From Acanthaster planci (taxonomy: Eukaryota), in contig NW_019091362.1 in the NCBI RefSeq assembly GCF_001949145.1, forward strand, positions 744,997-808,996: 64,000 nt of DNA, read 5' to 3'. The position numbers and the translations under genes are program-made. This document shows positions 11,988 to 24,625 of this stretch, piece after piece; the first letter of the stretch is position 1; each line of letters starts with the position of its first letter. The notes under the pieces were generated by a model. That model saw nothing but the letters and a program-made list of their open reading frames with translations, was not told where the DNA came from and searched no databases.

Positions 11988-14130
11988 GAGCTGGGTCTGG
12001 CCACACTAACAGACACAGTCGCACATAACCAAAATCATCTCTTTCTTTAACAGTGTTGGCAGTCAAGAAATGAACTTCAACAATTTTACTGATTCATGTA
12101 TGTGTAATTGTGGAGATATAGTTTACACAGTTTAATAGGATTTGATTGTTCTTTGTTAAAATAATCAAGATCTTGATGAAAATGTCCAACTTATATCAGG
12201 GGTTCTTGTGGGATATGCTCATACATGTGTCTGTGTCAGCTCATGTTAAAAACACCACTGTTATAGAGAAAAGCTCTTACTTCCGGGGAACCCCGTTTTG
12301 AGCACCATGGGTTTATACGCAGAGCCGGGGTACCCGAGATGGGACAAAAGAGCTGGTCCATGTAACAAAAGTCCGCACTCGGAACAAAAGACCTGCTGCT
12401 GGGAATTTAACATCATTTTTCTGCTTGCATTTTTCGAAGGCAATTGGCATATCGCGCCAGCAGATTATAGCACCGGAGACATAAGTGCTCCAGGGCCTCA
12501 TTGATGAGTGACACAGCACCGCTGCATGCTAATCTAGCCGCGTTTGAAAAGACGCCACTCGCATCAATTCGGGACAAAGTAAATTATGCAACACCTCACA
12601 ATTCTGGGCTCTCTTTACAGGGTGGCAGGCCTGGCTGAAATTTTCAGGAGTCAATGAAGGTAACCTGTCAGCTTAGAGTAGCCACCAAAGAGTAATTTGT
12701 GTGGCTGCAAATGTCCATTAAATGAAAGTATGAATTTTGAAAACTGAAAATCATGAAAATCCTCCATATGTGTGCACTGCACTTTTAAAGGCACCCGGCA
12801 GCATGTAGTTAAAATATGGGTACTACAGGTATAACATTGGAGAAATGTGTCAAAATCTAGGGCTTTTTACTACTTTAAGTTATCTTAAACAGGAATTTAA
12901 GGAGAGCTAATTAAGGAATAACGTAGGTCACGTTGTCTATCCACAGAGTGACAAACATGAAACAGGCTGATTTTGACATTCCTTGAGCAGATAATTTTAA
13001 CTAAAACATATACATGTATCTTTCTGAGAAAGTTTTTGCAATAATAGTTTACATCCTATTTGTGGTTGTTTTTTCTATCAGATGACAAAACTAAGATTTG
13101 ATTTTAGGAATAGCAAATGTCTGTCCACTGTTTTGTAATATTTGTCACAACCATTTTTTTCTCTAAAAGTAAAATCTTAGAAGACTTATCTTGTGAGTAC
13201 ATATACATTTATTACAAAACCAAATTCAATAAAATAATGAACAATCAAATTCATTAGAAAAAGTTGGTTCATTTTGCTGAAATGAAAGTGAGAAGACTGT
13301 CTGTCCTCGGGTTAAGACATGTGACAAACACTATGTCTATCCATGAGACAAACATTACTTATTGAGAAAAACCTACATAGTGTTCATTTTAGCTGAAGTT
13401 TAAATAGTCTTTTTAACAAAAATGATTTGGAAAACTGAAAACAAACAAGTTTGGTTTGTGAACAATTCTGTTTTCATAGTCTAATTCAAACACCAGAAAA
13501 ATGTCCATGTGACAAACGGGATGTCTATCCAATGACAAGCGTTACATATTGTTCTTGAAATAAATTCCAGTGTTATCTACACTGGAATTGATTTAAGGAA
13601 ATAATGAAAGTTTCTAAAAGTAAACTAAAAAGAGTATTTAATACATTGCAGGTAATTGTGTTTTGAATTTAATTTCACATTTAAAACACAAAATGTCTGT
13701 CCATATGACAAACGTTATATCTTCAGAATAAACTTCTGTAATTTCTTAAATACTGCTCAATTTATCTTTACCTTTCTGTGCCAACAATCAGACACAGTGA
13801 AAACATTTTCNNNNNNNNNNNNNNNNNNNNNNNNNNNNNNNNNNNNNNNNNNNNNNNNNNNNNNNNNNNNNNNNNNNNNNNNNNNNNNNNNNNNNNNNNN
13901 NNNNNNNNNNNNNNNNNNNNNNNNNNNNNNNNNNNNNNNNNNNNNNNNNNNNNNNNNNNNNNNNNNNNNNNNNNNNNNNNNNNNNNNNNNNNNNNNGTTG
14001 GGTAAGGGAAAAACCGTTATATATAATTAACAGTGAAAACATGTAAGCAAAAAATAAAGGCAAAATTTTACCGTTGGAAATTTCTACTGAATGTCATTCA
14101 AATGTGTCTGTTAGTGTGGACATACCCAGC
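11988..14130. mobile_element. Non-autonomous DNA transposon with GAGCTGGG... TIR (Sola2-like), right end slightly deleted
   Basis: gctgggtctggccacactaacagacaca matches the reverse complement of tgtgtctgttagtgtggacatacccagc. Inserted at a TTAA in the LINE frame (KAYM-LNDRF). Internal repeats of tgtct(a/g)tcca...gacaaac. Spans an N-gap. Confidence 0.7.
13811..13996. other. Assembly gap (N run)
   Basis: Run of N. Confidence 1.
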
Positions 14131-15179
14131 AACATGTAAGCCTTGTCCTTGGCCTCGACAAAAATCTGACTTTCACTGATCACTGGTGGGATAGCTGATG
14201 TCTTGTTGGTATTGGTAACAAATTTGACAATTTTTCACCACTGCTTGTTGTCTGCGTGTTTGAATTTCTATCGATTTGCTGAAAGAACTGCAATGTTAAT
14301 GCCACAAACCTGATATCAGTTACTTGTAGTGTGTCATGGTGGCAGTTGATTCTCACAGTGTCAGAATTTTAAGAACCATGATACGAAAACCATCCATGCT
14401 GTGGTCAAGCCCCCACCCTTTATAAGAACATCACAAGACCCTGCCCAGTACTTCAAAACACAAGATACAAATCTGTGTTCAATGAACTGAAACAAAAGTT
14501 TTCTTTTGCCTGTTTCTTGTGACTTATCTATTGAAGGTTACCACTGCAACACAGATAACCATGCGGCAAGGATGGGCGTATTAATTTGTACAAGTACACC
14601 CCCCCCTAGACAGCTTTTAGGTTGATTACTTCTCCCACTCCCAAAATATTTTCAAAAGGGAGGCACTTTTTCGTCTATGGCCTGCCTTATTTTTTTGCAA
14701 CCAGCAAGGCAATTTGTTTTCCACAGACTCATTATCACAAAAAGACTCTCCCATATTTCATCAGGGACTGGTGAATTTCTTAATGGGCTTTCTGGTGTAT
14801 CACCGCAGACAGCAAATGAATTTGATTGTGTGCATTTTGTGCGAAGGTAATTACCTTACTCCGTGATTGATAATGTACATGTACTTTGTTAATGGGTTGC
14901 CTCCAGACACTAAAATATAATTTTTTCATTTTTTCATTTCATCGCTTGATTAAACACACTGTGTAATTCTGTGTCAGTACTCCAAAGGCCTTGAGCAACT
15001 GTTGCATATTGATGGGTTGTCATTAAGCTTCTGGATCCTTGTCTTTTCTTACAAAGCTGTGGATTGTTCCTTGGTCTAATTGCCTCATCCGGCTTATCCT
15101 TTGGCTCTCTGGTTCTCTTTGATTTAAAGGCAGCTGCGTATGTACATGTACCACAGCCGATGTTTTAAGAGAAAAGATT

Positions 15180-15716
15180 ATGATGGCTCTACATGGAACT
15201 GAACCTGAGAACTTAAAGCCAGCCATTGTAATTGTCATTATTGGATTGATTGGTGTACATGCCATTTGTAAACCAGGTTGGATGGAACATGGCTCATCTT
15301 GCTACAACTTTACAGATCAAAAGATGACTTGGGACGATGGAAGCTCCTACTGCCAAGAGCTTGATGGGATGCTGTTGGTTATTGAGACAGAGGAAGAGAA
15401 TGACTACATCGCTCAAGGATTGAAAAATCTCAACGTGTCAAAGGCGTGGCTTGGTTGCAATGATAAGGTCACAGAGGGCACATGGGTGTGTTATCCTGAA
15501 GGTGTCAAGAGAATGCAGTATGAGAACTGGGGGGAAGGACAACCCAATAACAAAGATAACCAGGATTGTTCAACAATAAAGACCAAGGGTCATTATGGCA
15601 AGTGGGGTGACCAACAGTGCAACAGCAGTAGGTACACTGTATGTGAGACAACCAGCAGCAGAGTCCCTGCCATGTCCTGCTACATTCTGGGTTCTGATAG
15701 TCGCCTTCACCTCTAA
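15180..15716 (+). CDS. Secreted C-type lectin 2 (single exon, 178 aa), near-identical to lectin 1
   Basis: Complete CTLD with QPN/WGD; 5 amino-acid differences from lectin 1. Confidence 0.93.
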   Translation: MMALHGTEPENLKPAIVIVIIGLIGVHAICKPGWMEHGSSCYNFTDQKMTWDDGSSYCQELDGMLLVIETEEENDYIAQGLKNLNVSKAWLGCNDKVTEGTWVCYPEGVKRMQYENWGEGQPNNKDNQDCSTIKTKGHYGKWGDQQCNSSRYTVCETTSSRVPAMSCYILGSDSRLHL

Positions 15717-16298
15717 ATCTCACCCAAGCCTTCAGTCAGCAACACACCCCTCTTTCTCATGAATAGGGATTCTGCATTTACATGTAAATTGTCAGCTGGA
15801 AGGAAGACTAACAATGTACCTGTACATGTACCTGTTTGTTGCATGCAGTGTACTGTACTTACCCCATCACCAGCTAACTCCTGAGATGTGATTTGATAAC
15901 GCAATGCATGCAATATGAAGACTGCATCAAACTCTTTGCACTGGATTTACATTTCTCTGCCTTGAACAGTGACATTGTATTGAAACTGCTTGTTCGAAGG
16001 GAGACACGCAATGTACATGTGTACAAACCTGTGCGTGTACATGTACATGGTACATATCTACATGTACAGTATGTTGGGTGTACTTTTGTGCCTCACAATC
16101 TACATGTACTATGCCGTCACCCTTTGGCATTTTTGATGCACCACATACAACATGTTGAAAAAGCAGTCAAGGGGTCTTACTCTCAGATCTTTTTAGAAAG
16201 TCAAACAGTGATAAAATTTCAACAAGAAATTTAAAAAGTCTGCAAAAATAACTGGACATTTGGGACTGTGCATTGTGAATGGTGCAGATCATATCAAT

Positions 16299-16724
16299 CA
16301 GTGTTGTAGTCGAGACCATCACAAGACCAGGCACAAGACCAGGCACAAGACCAGACACAAGACAAGACCAGACACAAGACCAGACACAAGACCAGACACA
16401 AGACTTGTCACAAGAGTGAACAATGACAAAGGAATGTTTTTGTTGCGTTCATTTGAATAGTTTGTTACTTGAATTCAGATTGGGAGATCTTGTGTCGGTC
16501 TTGTGTCAGTCTTGTGTCTGGTCTTTTGCTGGTCTTGTGGCGGTCTTGTGCTGGTCTTGTGCTGGTCTTGTCAGCCAGAACACGACCAGAACACAGCCAG
16601 AACACGACCAGAACACAAGGTCTTGTGCTGGTCTTGTGTCGGTCTTGTGTCGGTCTTATGTCGGTCTTGTGCTGGTCTTGTGCTGGTCTTGTGAAGGTCT
16701 GAAGTTGTCTGGGCTACAATGCTG
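16299..16724. mobile_element. Foldback-like MITE with CAGTGTTGTAGTC-type (hAT-like) ends and inverted arrays of 11-bp repeats
   Basis: Left arm (cacaagaccag)n, right arm (gtcttgtgctg/gtcttgtgtcg)n; ends cagtgttgtagtcgagac / gtctgggctacaatgctg. Absent from the paralogous position near 2295-2310. Confidence 0.75.
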
Positions 16725-18758
16725 ATGACTGTTGATGACTGTTGATTTACCTCAGGTGGTACAATGACTGATCCTTTCAGTGGATGTTGCCTTAAACCAG
16801 TTGTTATCTGAGTATACAGTACAATACCTGTCAGTATTCGGTACATGTACTGTACATGTATGCCTATGTCGGAATCTTTGTTCAGAGACAACGTACATGT
16901 GAATAGTTTAAAATCTTGAAGCTGAAATCTTCACGATTTTGACGACGATTTCCAGTGCACTGGAAAAACAGCAGTGCATTAATATAGATAGCTACCGGTA
17001 CTTAAATAATAAATTAACTTTGAACTAAAAACAGATTCTCCTTTTGCATGTACATCTGAGCAATTATGCAAAATCATTGTCTGGTCTTAAATCTCAACTC
17101 CTGACATATTTTTTACTGGAGACACCCCAATACCTTCCATTTCCTACCGTGTTTCTGTGGCAAGAAAATTTTTCCATTGTTAGGATTTCTTTTTCAAGCA
17201 AAGTACAAACGATATCAACTATGTCCTGCCGTATTACAAAACATCAAGACAGTTAATCTTTGTCTTCATTAATAGAGGTCCCATGCTTTTCCCCTCACAT
17301 ATTGAATTTCTGCAAGCAAAATCTTTTGTTGAAGTGCAATTTTGTGTGTGCCACACAGGTCAACAGTTATTGTTACTTGTCATTAACGTCTCCGAGGGAA
17401 CTTGATGGTTAAATTGAGGTACTCTGATAGTGACAATTTTCTGACACTATTTAATCGGTTGATTGCACAGCAGGAGTTGTATTGCCCGCTAGCTGTCTCA
17501 GACCCTCAGTACTATGTACATGTAAACCTACTGCGTGAATGGCTACTTATGGTAACTAAAATGTCATCACCACCATTTTGTGACTCGTGATTAACTTCTA
17601 ATGTTATCACATGCTAGCCTTCGCCTGATGCTCTCAAAGACCAATGTAGCTGTTTATCTTTCTTGATCAGCACATGTTTTACTGGTTTTCACGGTTCCAG
17701 CATATTTTTACAACTGTCTTCTGTTGTTACCAAATTGTAGATGAAAACTGGAAATCGTGATGGCATTAAAACAAACAAAGAAAATAAAACTAGCCATCTT
17801 TATTATCATTAGATTCATTGACGGGTGTAAATGCCAAATGCCTCAAGTACTACGACATGTTTGAAGCGAGGTCTTTGGTGTCTCAATATGCATTGTACAT
17901 TTGTTTAAGTGTCCAAACCCAAACCGAATCGAAGTTTGGCAAAAAAATTACAAATTATTCCAAACCAAACCTGAACCAAACCTTGGCACCTACTTGCAAC
18001 AACACAGTTCCTTCCACCTTGCAGTTGGGATTGTAACTTCCTTCACTGCTAAAACTTTTTTCAAAAGGGGGGGCACTTTTTCTTCTAAGTCCCATCTTAT
18101 GTTTTCACACAGCAAGGCAATTTGTTTTCTATCGTGTCATTATCACAAGAAGACACCCTTATTTCATCACAGACTGGGGAATTTCTTTATGAGATTTTTG
18201 TGTATCACCGCAGACAGCAAATGAATTGGATATTTTTTGTGCATTCTCAGTAAAAAGTACATGTACATGTATGTATGTACAGTATATATTTAGTTGCTGT
18301 AGGGTGCCTCACAGTTGATGATCACCTTGTTTGGGTTGCCTGGAGACCAAAAAATGAAATGTTGGGGGCTTCAGTCAATTCATCGCTGGATTAAACACAA
18401 TTTGAATGTGTTACGCGCTATTTGATCCTTTACTTCCAATGCCAAGGGCACTTGGTCATAATTAAGAGTCTGGATCCTCGGCACCATACCAATTTGTGTT
18501 GTTTGGCAGTGATCTATCACAGGCTGTTTCACCTGTGGATGTCTTCCAGATCTCCTTTGCAGACCTTGTGGCCATTGGTTGCTTGCCTTTATCCATGTTG
18601 CACAATATTCATAGCCATGGCATCTTCTTGCATCCTTTTCCCTTGTTACAAAGCTGTGGACTGTTCTTTGGTCTGATTGCTTAGTCCGTCTCATCCTGTG
18701 GCTTTTTATTAAAGGCAGCTTCACATGGACTTCAGCTATTGTTTTGAGAGATAAAAAT

Positions 18759-19283
18759 ATGATGGCATTACCTGAACAAAACAGCTTCAAACAAGTTATC
18801 ATTATTTCCCTTGTCATTGGTTGTATTGCCATTCGTGAACCAGGTTGGATGGAACATGGCTCATCTTGCTACAAGTTTACAGATCAAGAGATGTCTTGGG
18901 ACGATGGAAGCTCCTACTGCCAAGAGCTTGATGGGATGCTGTTGGTTGTTGAGACAGAGGAAGAGAATGACTTCATTGCACAAGAAATGAAAAATCTCAA
19001 CCTGAAATTGGCCTGGCTTGGTTGCAATGATAGAGACACGGAAGGTGTGTGGGTGTGTTATCCTGAAGATGTCAAGAGAATGCAGTATGAGAACTGGGGG
19101 AAAGGACGACCCAGTAATTATAAAAACCAGGACTGTGCAACAATTGACATCCACACTCATGATGGCCAGTGGAACGATAGATGGTGCAGCAGCAGTAGGT
19201 ACACTGTATGCGAGACAACCAGCAGCAGAGTCCCTGCCATGTCCTGCTTCAGTCTGGGTCCTGATGGACGCCTTCACTTCTAA
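18759..19283 (+). CDS. Secreted C-type lectin 3 (single exon, 174 aa)
   Basis: Signal-like VIIISLVIGCIA; CTLD with RPS/WND; the first CTLD Cys is replaced by Arg (AIREPGW). Confidence 0.9.
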   Translation: MMALPEQNSFKQVIIISLVIGCIAIREPGWMEHGSSCYKFTDQEMSWDDGSSYCQELDGMLLVVETEEENDFIAQEMKNLNLKLAWLGCNDRDTEGVWVCYPEDVKRMQYENWGKGRPSNYKNQDCATIDIHTHDGQWNDRWCSSSRYTVCETTSSRVPAMSCFSLGPDGRLHF

Positions 19284-19540
19284 CTCTCACCCAAGCCCTT
19301 AGTAAGCAACAATCCTCTCTTTAAAGGACTGCAATTAAATGGTCAGGTGGAAGGAAGACTGTCGATGTACCTGTTTCTTGCATGGACTGTACTTGCTCTT
19401 TTGCAATGTTGATCCTGTGATGCAATTTGACTGGAAGGTTGGATAATGCAGTTGGAATACGCAGACAGCATCCAACTCTTTGTATTGGATTGGTGATTCT
19501 CTGCCATGAACAGTGAAATTGCCTTGAAATTGTCAGCTTG
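19284..19540 (-). pseudogene. Putative decayed TRIM RING-finger remnant immediately 3' of lectin 3
   Basis: Minus-strand pieces RITNP-KELD-CLR ... QDQ ... IDSLPS, and after lectins 1 and 2 LPADNL..NA...LLTEGLGEI. These resemble the F..PK.LDCLHSFC...LP.NF.L.AL...LLEG.GSEIKC pattern I recall for echinoderm TRIM56-like proteins. Confidence 0.35.
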
Positions 19541-21665
19541 ACGAGATGCTTATTTATGCACTCTTTGTTGATCTCAAACTTGACTAACAAGACACCATTC
19601 CGTGATAGTGTTTTTAGCACAACGTGTGCCGCCGCGTTCCTTTGCCTTGGTGGTGTGTAAGTCGTGGATGTCATGATTACCAGAAAGTCTTCATTCAACT
19701 ACCACAAGGAATATGTTGGTGTCAAAACGGGAAGCAAAAAAGATGTCGCTGTGTGTGTTTCTGCATGAAAAACCCAGCATCAGCGATAAGGCAGGAATAC
19801 AACGTCTGCCTTCATCGAACATGTGCACGCTGCCATCACCCTGTGAAGTACATACATGTACAGTTACGTGTACAAGGCTACTTCTAGGAATGATCTTTCA
19901 GTCCTCATGTTTGTTTAAATTTTTGAAGAATCTAAATTTAAGGCTTAAATGTTCAAACAATCAAAAACGTTTTGTTTTAGGGAGCACAGGAATTATGTGT
20001 TTTAACTTGTTTCAATAACAACAGGGCTTACACTAAGAAAGGAAATTGTTAGAATTGTACGTGCATTTAAACACATGTAACAATCAGCATGGGCAAACAC
20101 GCAGACGTGTGCTTGTTTTTAGGGTAAAAATAGCTCAACGCGTTGAGTAAGAACAGCACATTACACAGGGTTTGGTATGAGCCATGTAATATGGTTATAT
20201 ATTACACTGTTTGTTGCCATGGATCAACCAATCAGAACTGAGAATTCAAGTATGCCTGGAGATAAAGATGTTAACAACCACACAACAAAGCAGAAATGCT
20301 TTAGATCCAACATTCGAAATGATATCATTTGGTTTGAATGTATTGGTAGCATAATGTTGACAAGTTGTGTGCATAGTAGGGATGTTGTGGTTTTTAGCAC
20401 TAAAATGAGGCTGTAAATTTACTCTCTTGTAAAAATTGTTGCTAAAATCACGGACGGCATCATTTGTACATGGAAAAGGTGTGAAAAGCACCAATGGTGG
20501 GGAACTGAATTTGGCGTAGACCCTTAAAAATAATCTAGTGTATTCTTAATTATTACACTTGTCATAACAACAAAAAAAGACTTGTAGTGGTTTAGTTAAT
20601 TCACTAATCAATTTAACTCGCATGCATGGATGTGAAATTAGCTGTATGTACATGTATGTGGTGTTGTGAAAAAAAAGGGGTTTTTTTTCTCAACACCTGC
20701 TAAAGCCAACCATTTGAAAGTGTTAATATCCCATGGAAAGACTAAATTGTGCTTTAAAATGTATTTTTGACAGCCAAACCATTTTTTTCTGTTTACGATC
20801 TGAAATATGGCAGATAAATCATTTTTTTCCTGCTTACGTTCTGAAATAACATGGCAGGCAAAATCCACTGTCAGAATTGTTTGGCATGACAGGGATAAGA
20901 TTTTAGAAATAATTATTTTCGAAATTTTTTACAATGGGAAAGTTGACTTGGTAAGACACGTTTGTCTTCAGAAGACATGTATCGATGTGCTTATGTCTAA
21001 TATTCAACAGTCACAAAGCTGTTTTGCCATCTTGAGCTATGTACAATCTTTATAGTTTGTTTTAAAATACATGTATTTAAAGGTCTATGGACATATGAAA
21101 GACACATCTGTGTCAATTATATTCAAGTTGCAGGGTTGGTTGGTTGGTCTCGTATGTGAGCCTGAAGGAAACCTTAATTTGTATGCATGATGTTTTTGAA
21201 GTTTATTGAATGTAATCTGAAACTTTTCAGTGCAGTACTGATACTTTGATTGTGGAGCAAATTAGATTGCACCACTACAAATCATCAGAAAACTTTGTAA
21301 AAATTGATGTTGAAGTTTGTCCTCACAGATCATTCACTCAGAAAGGTCATTTATTACAACATTTGCTTTGGACATATGCTGAATTCCAGCCTGTGAACTA
21401 ACAGTTGCCAAGGGTGGATCCAGACTCAAATAGGGGGGGGGCAAAAAGGGCAGGTCCTTAGCCAAATTTAAGACAAAGAAGCAAACAGGTCTTTTTTCTG
21501 CTCTTTTTTCCCATTCAATCTGCTCTAAGCTATAAAGCTACATGTATTAAGGCAAGACTTGAAACAGTGAACAGAAATAATAACGTGTAGATGGAGGACT
21601 GAGTATTTCATGATTGATACCAAGAATAGAGAGTGAAACACAGAAACTGTAAATTGTACAGCTCA

Positions 21666-21908
21666 AAGCATTGGACGATGCAGCCTGCTGCATTTTGCAT
21701 GAAGTGTTCATGGCAAACTCCATCTGTGGCCAAGCATTGGACGATGCAGCCTGCGGCATGTTGCATGAAGTGTTCATGGCAAACTCCATCTGTGGCCAAG
21801 CATTGGACGATGCAGCCTGCTGCATGTTGCATGAAGTGTTCATGGCAAACTCCATCTGTGGCCAAGCATTGGACAATGCAGCCTGCGGCATGTTGCATGA
21901 AGTGTTCC
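21666..21908. repeat. Tandem repeat, 66-bp unit x ~3.7
   Basis: Unit aagcattggacgatgcagcctgc(t/g)gcatgttgcatgaagtgttcatggcaaactccatctgtggcc starting at 21666, 21732, 21798 and 21864. Confidence 0.95.
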
Positions 21909-23404
21909 AGCCATGAGTCAAGGAATTGTTTTTGTTTCACTATTTGACTTCCAGTGAGACCACCCAAAATGTGAAACATAAAGAAAACAATTATCAATTG
22001 AACAAAATGAGAGGATTAAACATTATTTGGACACCATTGAACTATGTGTTGGATACTGACAATGATGTCTGAGCCATCCTTCCAGTGTGTATTCCAAACT
22101 AGAAATGAGTATTTGGGCCACCTTCACATAACATAGTGGAGACGTAGCAAAGCTTACTTTGTGTGTTTAAGTTTGTCGAGCGTCAAAAGCCTACTGAACA
22201 AGTAAGCTGCGTCCCCGGTGCACGTTTGCATTAACTGATCGTATCAGTCACAATCAAGCTGCTGCTCGGAAACAATATCCTAAACAAAATGGCTCTGTCC
22301 ATACAAAACAACCTCCATTTAGGACACTTAATATCTTCACTCTGACTGATCCAAAAAAAAAATTCCTCATTGTTTTTTGTGGGGGGGGGCATGGTCCCGT
22401 TGCCTCCCACCCCTATCTGCCCTTGACTGTTGCCATGTCTGTGGTTAAGTGATTGAGACATCTGCACAAGAACAAGGCTTGATCCTGGGTTCTCAAACCC
22501 ATCTCATACTCAACAAGCTTGTGAATTTTCCGTGTTAACATCTACCAGTTGGTAATTGTGAAAAAGGGACAAATCCAATCGAAATAACATCTTCCAACTC
22601 TTGGAAAATTATTTTTAATTCAAAACCTTCTACAGTAGTAGCAAGGAAACACTGTTGTAAAATTATCAACAAGATAACAATAGAACATTTTGAACACAAA
22701 GTTGTGTGGTGGTTGATTCATAGATACGATAAAAACTAACACAATTAAGTTGTTGGAAAAAAATAAATGTAAAGAAAATGCATATTTTCAGCCAGGTTTG
22801 GAAATCTCATTAACTGGAGACTGTTGTTAAGTTTGCTGCTTATAGTTATTCAGTGCATTATACTGGTACATACATGTTTATGTTAGAATGAATAAAATAA
22901 ATCACTAATAAAATAGAATAAATAAATAAATGACAAGTAAATTGTTTTCAGTTTGTGGCAGCATTGTAATTATAATACTTAACACAACAGATAAATTTCA
23001 CACATTTGGTTACAGACTTAAATCATGATCTGAAATGTTTGGTAGACAAAATTGAGGTTGGCAGATTCCTTCCTGATGAATGTGATTGAGGACATAGCAA
23101 AGATGCCTAGTCGCAACAGTGGTTGAATTTAAGACATGGAGTCAGTCCTCAGCCACCACTTCTTGTCATTTTCTCTCTTTGGTGACCTCTGACCTAAGGT
23201 CACATGGATGTAAATAGTCTGGATTGGTGCACACCTGCATGTTCATGTAGGGGCCTAACTGACATCTGCTTGCACAACCATACACACGCCAGGTTGGAAA
23301 ACATTCTACAAGTCCATAGCCAGTGAGGGGATGTTTTTAGTCAGTACAGATTAAAATGAGTCAAGAAGAAAATTACATTTTATGGTTTTTATAAATTCTC
23401 TCAG

Positions 23405-23561
23405 GGTGACTCTGACAGCTCAGATGACCCAGTATTCCATCTCCCTCCTGCCACACTACGCCTTAACAAAGTCACAGGGGTCACACAAGAGGTCGTTGAC
23501 ATGTTCCAGACCGCAGTTGATTGTTGGCAGCTTCTCTCCTCCAATGAAACATTTGAAAAGG
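23405..23561 (+). CDS. INTS10: INTS10 coding exon (first recognisable in window)
   Basis: ag|GDSDSSDD...EVVDMFQTAVDCWQLLSSNETFEK|gtaaga; like vertebrate SSDDED...EVLESFKLARESWELL..LDKE. Confidence 0.8.
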
Positions 23562-24305
23562 GTAAGAAAATAAGACAGTAATAGTGACCTCTGGTTCATA
23601 GCCCTTAATGTTTAGCCTGTGTCAGAAAATTTTGTCTGCAGCTGGCGTCAACAAAACATTTTAGGAGCCCCTATCGTTACTGAATACCGAAGCGTGGCGT
23701 CATTGTAGACCAAATAAATGGAGTGTGCGCAGTTTGGTTCATGCACCGGTTCTGGTACTATTGCCTTTAAAATACATAATTGTGTGCTTGATGTATTCAT
23801 GTCGGCACTCTATAACCAGTGGCCTCCAGGGAATTTAGCTTGCAGAATTTAGAGCCCTAGCTTTTTTTGATGTAACATGAATTAAAATATTTCCAATTAT
23901 GACACAGCATTTGACATGGGTGGGCTCTGCTTTTTTCCCAGTATCCTACATCTTCGTTTATTGTATATGAATTAATATGATAATAACATTGTGTATCTTG
24001 TTACTCTGAATTTAAGTGTATGTTCATCGTTCACCTACCTGCAATGCTAATCAAGATGTGAAATAAACCAAACCAAACCAAACCAAAACCAAGCATCAGA
24101 CAGCTTTTTAAAACAATGTTCTTAAAAAAGTATCTGTATTTAATGAACACAAAACAGCCTAAGCCTCACTGATGATATGCATATTTTATACATATTCATT
24201 ATTGCAAGCTAAATTCTCATTGGTTCATTCACCACCAACCACAAGTTAACCAAATCTTAATTTTTTATTCAAATCTAAAATCCAGTGTTTTCTGTGATTT
24301 TGCAG

Positions 24306-24388
24306 ATTTCAACTGGTTACTACACAGATGGAAGGCAGACACATGGCCATGGTTTACAGCATTCCAGATTGATCGCTTTTTATTTAAG
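24306..24388 (+). CDS. INTS10: INTS10 coding exon
   Basis: (D)FNWLLHRWKADTWPWFTAFQIDRFLFK vs vertebrate [27 protein letters not shown]; phase-compatible with neighbours; weak donor gtccca. Confidence 0.8.
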
Positions 24389-24625
24389 GTCCCATTCATT
24401 TATACAATTTGGGAATAACTAGAGTATCTGGTTTTCAGTAGATGTTACAGATTTGGATTGGATTTTGTTTACAAAGATTAAATACTTTCATTAGCACCTT
24501 TCTTATTAGTTGTTTGTCTCTACAGTGGTCATTAATGGCCATTTTTCATTTGGTTATCTTTGAACTGTCATTCTTACCAAACTGTATGGTTATTTCTGTA
24601 CTCATCAATTAAATTTGAATTACAG

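Larger units (their letters stand above)
8110..14290 (-). mobile_element. Decayed non-LTR retrotransposon (CR1/L2-group RT), split into three pieces (8110-9321, 11694-11987, 14131-14290) by two DNA-transposon insertions
   Basis: Minus-strand RT motifs: KANGPDRISATVLKKCPPELAPVLAKLFQKSL...VPSDWKTA, VTAVPKKG...KYRPI, KAFDRVWH, LLGVTITNSLSW, YASPVWSGA. The reading frame is restored on removing the insertions. Confidence 0.88.
14296..16940 (+). repeat. Segmental duplicate of ~355-2510 (lectin 1 unit)
   Basis: Colinear matches from gttaatgccacaaacc (355 / 14296) through the lectin to gtgaat.gtttaaaatcttga.gctgaaat (2462 / 16900). Confidence 0.85.

Noticed and set aside
16260..16891. Repetitive ORFs (HKTRHKTR, CWSCAGLV) and a CRISPR-like look
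   Set aside because: Translations of 11-bp MITE repeats; no unique spacers, no cas genes, eukaryotic context.
18861..19277. Antisense ORFs overlapping lectins 3, 4 and 6
   Set aside because: Shadow frames preserved because the sense genes are near-identical; no recognisable domain.
21547..21997. Cys/Met-rich repeat proteins in four frames
   Set aside because: By-product of a 66-bp tandem repeat; no splice, signal or domain support.
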